Origin: an uncultured Alphaproteobacteria bacterium
GTDB lineage: Bacteria; Pseudomonadota; Alphaproteobacteria; RF32; CAG-239
Direction of reading: 5' to 3'
DNA: 64,000 nucleotides
Assembly: GCA_964017825.1 (NCBI GenBank)
Contig: CAXHMA010000004.1
Coordinates: 21,716 to 85,715 of the forward strand
Shown here: positions 1-7,965 of the stretch, in pieces
How positions within the stretch are numbered: position 1 is the first letter of the stretch
Layout of the letters: each line of letters opens with the position of its first letter
Translations under genes and position numbers: made by a program
Notes under the pieces: model-generated
Told to the model about the DNA's origin: nothing
Database searches by the model: none
Seen by the model: the letters and a program-made list of their open reading frames with translations, nothing else

Positions 1-201
1 GCCCATAATCGGCTTAATCCCCTCATCCGCAGCATATTTCGAAAAAGCCTTGCCGCCAAACATATTTGCAGAATCTGTCACGGCAACGGCAGGAACGCCT
101 CTTTTGTGCAATTCATGTATCAAATCCGGCAGCATAATCGCACCTTCGGCCAGCGAATATGCCGTATGAACTCTTAAATGCACAAATTTTGGATCTTTCA
201 T
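1..201 (-). CDS. dnaE: DNA polymerase III alpha subunit (DnaE), N-terminal fragment running off the window start
   Basis: Reverse translation from 201 gives MKDPKFVHLRVHTAYSLAEGAIMLPDLIHELHKRGVPAVAVTDSANMFGGKAFSKYAADEGIKPIMG, which is the typical PHP-domain N-terminus of DnaE. The ORF is open to position 1. Confidence 0.7.
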   Translation of the reverse strand, partial: MKDPKFVHLRVHTAYSLAEGAIMLPDLIHELHKRGVPAVAVTDSANMFGGKAFSKYAADEGIKPIMG

Positions 202-283
202 GATGATATCCTGCTGATAAATTTAGTTGGATTCTATCATAAACTTCTAATATCTCAACAATTATTATGTTTATATAACAAAA

Positions 284-312
284 AGGGCAGAAGAATCTGC
301 CCTTTCAGTTCG
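284..312 (-). terminator. Rho-independent terminator downstream of the autotransporter gene
   Basis: The minus strand reads ctgaaagggcagattcttctgcccttttt, an 8-9 bp GC-containing stem followed by a T-run, immediately 3' of the stop at 321. Confidence 0.45.
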
Positions 313-320
313 GTTATACC

Positions 321-3300
321 CTAAAAAGCATAGTTGATACCCAAATTAATATCATATGCCGAATAATCATCACCGGTCGTATAGCCGCCGCGAACATATC
401 CGGACAATCTTTCGTTTATACCGAATTCACCTCCGGCTTCCAGTCTGCCCAATGTCTGGTTATCCATTGTTTTGATTTTATGCTGAATACCGCTTATTTT
501 GGTTTTACCGCCTTCTGCAAAAGTTTGGATAATGCTAGGCTTGACATATAACCTATTCGTCTGACCGTCGTTACAGAAAATACGTTCAATTTTCAAGCCC
601 AACTCTGCTTCCAGATAGTGGACAACATCAAAATCAGCCCTTTTCCCGACATTATCTTTCAAAGAATCAATATCCGACATAGTGTATCGCACTCCCAAAC
701 TGGGCTCAACATTCAGATAATCCCGAACGGCAATTCTCTTAGCGGCTTCCGCGCTTACACCATACTGCATGGCATTCGTCGAAGCAAAGGCTATTCTGTC
801 ATCCGTTTTAATATCCAAATCTTGTTTGCCGGCAAATGCCAACCCTAAGAATCTCCAGTCATCTTGCTTATACTGATAATACATACCGCCAAGATAGCTG
901 TCCGTTTTAATATCCGAACCAAGGAATGAATAATAATCCCCTTTACCGGATAAATCATATTTACCATGCCGGTAAGAGCCGAACACGCCCGCGCGATGCA
1001 TACCGTCCGAATATAAATCCAACCCTGCCGTCATACCTTGAATATCAGCATCCATGTCAACCGGACTCTTCAAATCAGAACTTTCATTCGTCAAATCAAG
1101 CCAAGCTTTCTTACGGGTTACCAATTCAGCCACACCGCAGGATTCCTCATAACAGTCAACGCTCTTTTCTGCGGCAATACCCCGCGCTACGCTGTCTGCA
1201 ATACTCCGATTCTGCTCAATCACAGCACTTTGTACACCGGCATATCCGGCAACTTCAGGAGCATACACGGGCTTTTCAGGCTTATTGTCGTTCCCGCCGT
1301 TGTTGTCATCTCCGCCGTTGTTGTCATCTCCACCGTTGTTGTCATCTCCGCCGTTGTTATCATCTCCGCCGTTGTTATCATCATCGCCATTGTCATAATC
1401 AGGATTTTTAACCGTAGACAAGCTCAATTTCCAGTCCGTACCTTTATCTTCACCGGTTTGTACGGCCACGCTGTTCCACATGTACGGGCTGCCGATAACA
1501 CGCGAAACATTAAACTCTGCACTTGTTTCCCAATTATCATTCGGAGCGCTCACAAAAACTGTCTCCGCTCCCTCAAACGTATCAGGGGTCTCAGCATTCA
1601 CAATAACATTTGTGCGACCGAGAACATCTTCGCCAACCTGCAATAATCCGTTTTCTACGCTTTTGTTTTCTGCGTCAACAGCAACATCCAGTTTCAAAAC
1701 GCCGTTACTTGCCGTATATCTTTCAGTCTCAATCTTAGCAGATTTACCCAAATGTAACACACCGTTTTCCGCAAGGTTAAAAATCTTTGCATCAGAAACT
1801 TTTCCTTTCAGAAAAACTTCGCCGCTGCCGTCACCCGTAACATTAACAGTATATTGTGACCCGTTAATATCATCGTCAAAAATAACCTTTCCTTTATCCG
1901 CAGCGGAAAGTTCCAATGCAGCTTCTTTCATATAAACAGCTTCTTCTTTTTTACCGTCTGCTCCCAAGGTATAGTTTCCGCTGAAAACTGATTCCTTTCC
2001 TTCGCCTTCCGCGCGAATGGATATATCCCGCTCGGAATAAATCGCACCGCCAAGTGCCGGAACGGATTCTGAATGCGCATAATTATCTTTAAACTGCACA
2101 TTCGTAAATATCATAGGTTCGCCACTGTTGGCCGTATCAGACAGTTTGGCATTATAGACCGCACCGCCCGAACTGACCGTACCGCTGGCATAATTCCCTT
2201 CAAATACCGTATTATTAATTGACTTAACCGTAGAATTCTCATCATTATAAATAGCACCGCCGTTGGCTGTCCCGGCATAACTTTCACTATGCCCGGCAAG
2301 TGCTTTATTACCGGTAAATTTCGTATTTTCAATTTTTTCTATTGTGCTGGAAGACACATTATATATGGCGCCACCGGAAACATTTCCTTTATCACCTTTA
2401 TATTCATCCCTTAAACCGCCGGCAGCATTATTAACAAAATTCGTCCCTTGTATCAAACCAATTTTTGCATTGTTATAATTGCGTATGGCGCCGCCGTTCC
2501 CCTGCACAAAATCACTGTTTTCCAAAGCTGTGTTGCTGTCAAAAGACGAATTCAAAATATTTTCTATCACGCCGCCGTTCTCATTATCAATTGCTCCGCC
2601 GGATGACCCTTTATTTCCCTTATTTTCTGTACCGAAAGCAACCTTATCGATTTTATTAATAGTACCGAAGTTAGAAATTGCCCCGCCGAAATCTTCGCTG
2701 TAATTGGAATAAAACTGCGTATTGCTTATTTCTCCAATCTTTGAAGTATTACTCTTATTATAAACAGCACCGCCTTTGGCATCAAGATAATCACTGTTCC
2801 TGTTGCTCGTATCAGCCGTATTTCCCTCAAATAATGAATTGTTGATAGAAGCAATATTGCCATTATTGATAATAGCACCGCCGCCGTTATATCCGCTGTG
2901 ATTTTCCGTAAACGCGGCAGAAATTGACGCTATCTTTCCGTTTGTATCATTATAAATAGCACCGGCACCGCCTTCCGCTTTATTTCCTGCAAATGTTGTC
3001 GTATCGCTGATTGCGCCGATTTCTCCGTCGTTATAAATGGCGCCGCCGATACTGCCGTTTTTGTATGCACCGTTACCGGTAAAAACAGAATTGGCTATGG
3101 ACTTTATTTCGCCGACATTTGCAATAGCCCCGCCCTTTCCTTCATCCACAAAATTATCATCAAACGTTACTTTGTCAATCAATGAGATACTTCCGGCTCC
3201 CGCATTATACAAAACACCTCCGTCCTTCGCACCGGTTCGATTAAAGTTTGAATTAATCAACTTACCTGTAGCCTCATTATACAAAAAGCCGCCTTGCCCG

Positions 3301-3635
3301 CCATGTTTCTTTACAAATTGCGTGTTCATGTTTTGAAACAAAAACTCCACATTACCTAATGTTGCAAAATTACCGCTACGACCGTTATTGCCATAATCGC
3401 CGTTAATCAAAATATTATTTCCGTTTAAAGTCCAGGTACCCGCATTACCGGAGGAACCGACATCAATGGTACCGCCGTATGGCTCAAAATTTCCTTCCAA
3501 CAAATAACTTTGATTCAAATCATTTGCATGGGAACGTAAAGCATCCCATGAAGTAACGGTTACATCTGCTGCAAAAACACTTTTCACCCCTAACAAAGCC
3601 TGCAAACCGATAATAAGACCTTTCGTATGCTTCAT
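321..3635 (-). CDS. Autotransporter adhesin with a Pmp-like passenger (GGA[IVL] and FxxN repeats), a (DDNNGG)n linker and a C-terminal beta-barrel translocator
   Basis: The ORF track gives 1107 aa. The signal peptide is MKHTKGLIIGLQALLGVKSVFAA. The passenger has more than 25 repeats of the GGAIYN / FxGN type (polymorphic-membrane-protein style). The C-terminal ~280 aa is rich in alternating aromatics and ends in F (GINYAF), as an autotransporter barrel does. AGGA lies 8 nt before the ATG at 3635 (MKHT), so that is the likelier start; the track start at 3644 has no usable RBS. Confidence 0.85.
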   Translation of the reverse strand: MKHTKGLIIGLQALLGVKSVFAADVTVTSWDALRSHANDLNQSYLLEGNFEPYGGTIDVGSSGNAGTWTLNGNNILINGDYGNNGRSGNFATLGNVEFLFQNMNTQFVKKHGGQGGFLYNEATGKLINSNFNRTGAKDGGVLYNAGAGSISLIDKVTFDDNFVDEGKGGAIANVGEIKSIANSVFTGNGAYKNGSIGGAIYNDGEIGAISDTTTFAGNKAEGGAGAIYNDTNGKIASISAAFTENHSGYNGGGAIINNGNIASINNSLFEGNTADTSNRNSDYLDAKGGAVYNKSNTSKIGEISNTQFYSNYSEDFGGAISNFGTINKIDKVAFGTENKGNKGSSGGAIDNENGGVIENILNSSFDSNTALENSDFVQGNGGAIRNYNNAKIGLIQGTNFVNNAAGGLRDEYKGDKGNVSGGAIYNVSSSTIEKIENTKFTGNKALAGHSESYAGTANGGAIYNDENSTVKSINNTVFEGNYASGTVSSGGAVYNAKLSDTANSGEPMIFTNVQFKDNYAHSESVPALGGAIYSERDISIRAEGEGKESVFSGNYTLGADGKKEEAVYMKEAALELSAADKGKVIFDDDINGSQYTVNVTGDGSGEVFLKGKVSDAKIFNLAENGVLHLGKSAKIETERYTASNGVLKLDVAVDAENKSVENGLLQVGEDVLGRTNVIVNAETPDTFEGAETVFVSAPNDNWETSAEFNVSRVIGSPYMWNSVAVQTGEDKGTDWKLSLSTVKNPDYDNGDDDNNGGDDNNGGDDNNGGDDNNGGDDNNGGNDNKPEKPVYAPEVAGYAGVQSAVIEQNRSIADSVARGIAAEKSVDCYEESCGVAELVTRKKAWLDLTNESSDLKSPVDMDADIQGMTAGLDLYSDGMHRAGVFGSYRHGKYDLSGKGDYYSFLGSDIKTDSYLGGMYYQYKQDDWRFLGLAFAGKQDLDIKTDDRIAFASTNAMQYGVSAEAAKRIAVRDYLNVEPSLGVRYTMSDIDSLKDNVGKRADFDVVHYLEAELGLKIERIFCNDGQTNRLYVKPSIIQTFAEGGKTKISGIQHKIKTMDNQTLGRLEAGGEFGINERLSGYVRGGYTTGDDYSAYDINLGINYAF
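1276..1400. repeat. In-frame 18 bp tandem repeat (ccgccgttgttgtcatct, about 5 clean and 2 degenerate copies) encoding (DDNNGG)n in the autotransporter
   Basis: Read directly from the sequence. Units start at 1294, 1312, 1330 (one mismatch), 1348 and 1366, with degenerate flanking copies at 1276-1293 and 1384-1400. On the minus strand they translate to DDNNGGDDNNGG... in the ORF. Confidence 0.85.
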
Positions 3636-3830
3636 TGAACTCATCCTTTCTGCTCAAAATTGTAAACCCGGCTGCACAAAAAAACGTTCCTTTTTTTGCC
3701 GCGGAAAATGAAACATTAAACATTTTTTAAAATATTGATAGTATTGTATAAGAAAAGTTTTGGAGCTGCTTAAAAAAAAGGAACGTTTTTTAAACAGCTT
3801 GCACAACAATCATTTTTTCATTCCAAACAA

Positions 3831-3863
3831 AAAGAGCGCCAAACTGACGCTCTTTTTGCTGTT
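3831..3863 (-). terminator. Rho-independent terminator of eno
   Basis: The minus strand reads cagcaaaaagagcgtcagtttggcgctctttttg, with an agagcg/cgctct stem followed by a T-run. The plus-strand mirror also has a T-run, so it may act in both directions. Confidence 0.5.
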
Positions 3864-3878
3864 ACGATTACTTTCGTC

Positions 3879-5204
<1,326 letters not shown>

Positions 5205-5318
5205 TTACAAAGTCAAGATTCTTCTCTGATTTATCGTACTTTTTCAACCAAATAAAATCCTTGTAAATTAATAAAAAAACAACTAAACTGTCAATGTTTG
5301 GAAAATAAGGAGCGTAAA

Positions 5319-5783
5319 ATGTTTACATTAAAATGGCACTATCGTTTTATGGAACTGGCAAAGCTTATTGCCACTTGGTCAAAAGACACCTCAACCAAAA
5401 CCGGTGCCGTTATCGTAGGGCCGGATAAAGAAATCCGCGCCACCGGCTACAACGGTTTTGTCAGAGGCGTGGATGACGAAGTATTTGAACGTTTTGAGCG
5501 TCCGACAAAATATGACTTTTTTGAACATGCCGAACGCAACGCCGTATATAACGCCTGCCTTTGCGGAACTTGCGTAAAAGGGTGCATATTATATGCGACG
5601 CATTTCCCTTGCACAGACTGCACCAGAGCTATAATCCAATCAGGCATAAAACTGGTCGTCACCAACCCGCTGAACATAGATAAAAATACGCCGCAGAATA
5701 CTTGGCGCGACCGTATCTCTTATTCCGAACAAATGCTTAAAGAAGCAGGCGTTGAATTGCTTATTTTGCCGCCCAAGGAATAA
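5319..5783 (+). CDS. dCMP deaminase (cytidine/deoxycytidylate deaminase family)
   Basis: The HAERNA...PCxxC zinc-binding motifs are present (HAERNAVYNA, PCTDCTRAII). AAGGAG lies before the ATG at 5319. The track start at 5298 is a TTG. Confidence 0.8.
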   Translation: MFTLKWHYRFMELAKLIATWSKDTSTKTGAVIVGPDKEIRATGYNGFVRGVDDEVFERFERPTKYDFFEHAERNAVYNACLCGTCVKGCILYATHFPCTDCTRAIIQSGIKLVVTNPLNIDKNTPQNTWRDRISYSEQMLKEAGVELLILPPKE

Positions 5784-5872
5784 AAAACTTAAATTCCCCG
5801 CTTTAAAACCGCCAATCCGTACTTATATTGCAACTACATTTAGCCAATACCTTGTTTTCATAGGAGATATAA

Positions 5873-6502
5873 ATGAAAGTTTTAATAACGGACGAACAAT
5901 CATTGTTTAGAGACGGCCTGTCATTAAGATTAAAACAGATAAACCAGGATATTGTCATTCTGCAGTCTTCCGGCCTGAATGAGATGCAAAAAATATTATC
6001 AAAAGAATCTGATATCGACATTTTAATATTAGATATTGATTTAGCCGAATTAAATGCAGCAGAAGTTATCAATAAAATAAAAACATTGGCTCCAAACACC
6101 AAAATCGTGGCTATTTCATCTTGCGAAGATACGAGAAACATAAAAAAAATTTTGTCCTGCGGTGTCAAAGGTTACATTCCTAAAAGATCCGACAGCAATA
6201 TTTTAAGCGGAGCTTTGAAACTCATTCTTGACGGCGGTACTTATATCCCCCCGGCAATGCTGGATAACGGTTTAGATTACAGTGCCTACCAGGTAAATAA
6301 CCCCTTGAAAAAAAATCTGACCAATCGCCAATCACAAGTGTTGGATCTTATCGCACAGGGAAAATCAAATAAACAAATCGCTTATGATATGGGGGTGTCC
6401 GAAGCAACTGTCAAACTGCATATTAACGCCTTATTACGTTCATTAAAGGTTAATAATCGCACTCAGGCGGTCATTACGGCGCAAAAAATGGGACTCATAT
6501 AA
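5873..6502 (+). CDS. LuxR/FixJ-family response regulator (REC domain plus C-terminal LuxR helix-turn-helix), orphan
   Basis: The N-terminus has receiver features (ILILDIDL, conserved Lys in GYIPKRSD). The C-terminus reads LTNRQSQVLDLIAQGKSNKQIAYDMGVSEATVKLHINALLRSLKV, a LuxR-type HTH. No sensor kinase is adjacent. Confidence 0.8.
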   Translation: MKVLITDEQSLFRDGLSLRLKQINQDIVILQSSGLNEMQKILSKESDIDILILDIDLAELNAAEVINKIKTLAPNTKIVAISSCEDTRNIKKILSCGVKGYIPKRSDSNILSGALKLILDGGTYIPPAMLDNGLDYSAYQVNNPLKKNLTNRQSQVLDLIAQGKSNKQIAYDMGVSEATVKLHINALLRSLKVNNRTQAVITAQKMGLI

Positions 6503-6577
6503 CAACTTTCACTTATATTTAAAGATTATTTTACCTTTTAAATGTAACCTGAGCCAAACTAATATTCGGAGACACTC

Positions 6578-7279
6578 ATGCTGTATATAATTATCGGTTT
6601 TGCTTTTGGTTTCATCATACCCTATTTAGCGCGCCGTTTTTCTAAATTTATGCCGGCAACTTTTGCTTATGCTGTATATCGTATCTTTCATATTAACGCA
6701 TCCGTCTCCAAACAAAAACGTTTGAATAACCCGCAATATAAAAAACTTGCCACTCGTTATTTTATGCGCTCGCTCGGATGGGGAATCACCACCGCTGCCA
6801 CGGTTTATTTGGCTTGTTCCTTTCTACCGCCGAATGAAAAACCCTGGATTGCATTTTTAATCATATCTTTGTTTATATTATGCGAAATAGACAAGAGAAT
6901 GTTCCTTCTGCCGGATTTAATTACCGTTCCCCTGCTCATTTCCGGTTTTGCATATGCTTCTTTTGCCGGCGGTTTGTTAAGCGATACAACGGCAGATGCC
7001 GTGCAAAACAGTTCTCTCGGTGCCGTATACGGATATATATTGCCGGTTATTGCTTCATTGTTTCTGATAAAAAAACATCCAGATGTTTTTGGCGGAGGAG
7101 ATATAAAATTGCTCTCTGCCATGGGGGCCTGGTTCGGAATCGTTAATGTTCCGATAATCATTTTACTTTCCTGTATAATATTTGCTTTGACCTGCTTCAT
7201 AAAAAAACAGCGCAAGGGAGCTTTCGGTCCTTCAATTGTTTTGGCATCTCTTATTGTTCTGTTTTTAGCAGAATATTAA
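6578..7279 (+). CDS. Type IV prepilin peptidase family A24 (CpaA/TadV-like) membrane protein
   Basis: The protein is polytopic and carries FGGGDIKLLSAMGAWFG, which matches the A24 peptidase GGGDVKLL motif. It is 233 aa. Confidence 0.6.
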   Translation: MLYIIIGFAFGFIIPYLARRFSKFMPATFAYAVYRIFHINASVSKQKRLNNPQYKKLATRYFMRSLGWGITTAATVYLACSFLPPNEKPWIAFLIISLFILCEIDKRMFLLPDLITVPLLISGFAYASFAGGLLSDTTADAVQNSSLGAVYGYILPVIASLFLIKKHPDVFGGGDIKLLSAMGAWFGIVNVPIIILLSCIIFALTCFIKKQRKGAFGPSIVLASLIVLFLAEY

Positions 7280-7306
7280 AAAAGGAGCTTTTAAAGCTCC
7301 TTTTTT
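7280..7306. terminator. Bidirectional hairpin terminator between convergent genes
   Basis: aaaaaggagcttttaaagctcctttttt is a perfect inverted repeat with A/T runs on both sides. Confidence 0.6.
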
Positions 7307-7330
7307 AAATCTTTTGCCGCTTTTGTAAAT

Positions 7331-7801
7331 TTATTTAACGGCTGGACCGAATTTATTATCTTCAGCATCGCCCGGCATGCAGAACAAGAATAACAAAGCT
7401 AAACCGCCCAAAACCGGAATAAATGCAATCAGGAAAAACCAACCCGACAAATTCAGGTCATGCAAACGGCGAACGACCAGACCAATACTTGGTACGAGAA
7501 GAGCAAGACTGTAAATAACCGACAAGATTGCTAAAAACGGCAAAATTGCAATAACAACATTAAAAGCAATGCTGATTAACATAGAATAAAGCACAAACAT
7601 CCAGTATTGGCGGCGCGTAACCCGGCCGTCAAATTTTGCGTAATTATTTTTCAAATAATCAACAAAGTATGTATTAAAGCCGTTCTTAAACTTTTCACCG
7701 TTAACAGTCTTAACGCTCTTAAAGGCTTCTGCAATATCATGCCCCATACTCTTCAACAAAGCTTTCAAATTATTTGTATCTTTCAAAGATTTAAAATCCA
7801 T
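7331..7801 (-). CDS. DUF805-family inner membrane protein
   Basis: The RRQYWMF motif and the TM pattern are typical of DUF805 (YhaH-like). It is 156 aa. Confidence 0.55.
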   Translation of the reverse strand: MDFKSLKDTNNLKALLKSMGHDIAEAFKSVKTVNGEKFKNGFNTYFVDYLKNNYAKFDGRVTRRQYWMFVLYSMLISIAFNVVIAILPFLAILSVIYSLALLVPSIGLVVRRLHDLNLSGWFFLIAFIPVLGGLALLFLFCMPGDAEDNKFGPAVK

Positions 7802-7919
7802 ATCAACATCTCCTAAAATTTATATACCACAAGGCAAAGGCAATCATTCCTTCATCTAACTACATAATGCTTACATTATTTAATCAATTCAATTTAAAAA
7901 TAAAAGATATATACAAAAA

Positions 7920-7950
7920 ACCCGCCGATATTCCTACCGGCGGATTTCAT
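7920..7950 (-). terminator. Rho-independent terminator of ppdK
   Basis: The minus strand reads aaatccgccggtaggaatatcggcgggtttttt, a ccgccg/cggcgg stem followed by a T-run, just 3' of the ppdK stop. Confidence 0.55.
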
Positions 7951-7965
7951 TTTCACCTTGTTATA

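Noticed and set aside
1276-1400. The 18 bp tandem repeat as a possible CRISPR array
   Set aside because: The repeats are contiguous with no spacers and lie in frame within a CDS, so this is a coding VNTR and not CRISPR. No cas genes are present.
926-1935. Plus-strand ORFs of 151-202 aa antisense to the autotransporter gene
   Set aside because: They lie entirely inside the strongly supported minus-strand autotransporter CDS. Their Cys/His/Arg-rich or low-complexity translations are typical antisense artefacts of a repetitive GC-richer coding region.
3645-3878. Possible tRNA or small RNA gene in the eno-autotransporter spacer and other intergenic gaps
   Set aside because: I found no cloverleaf-compatible sequence or TPsiC-like GTTCGAATC box in any intergenic region. 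The only structured RNA I can support is RNase P RNA at 60966-61349.
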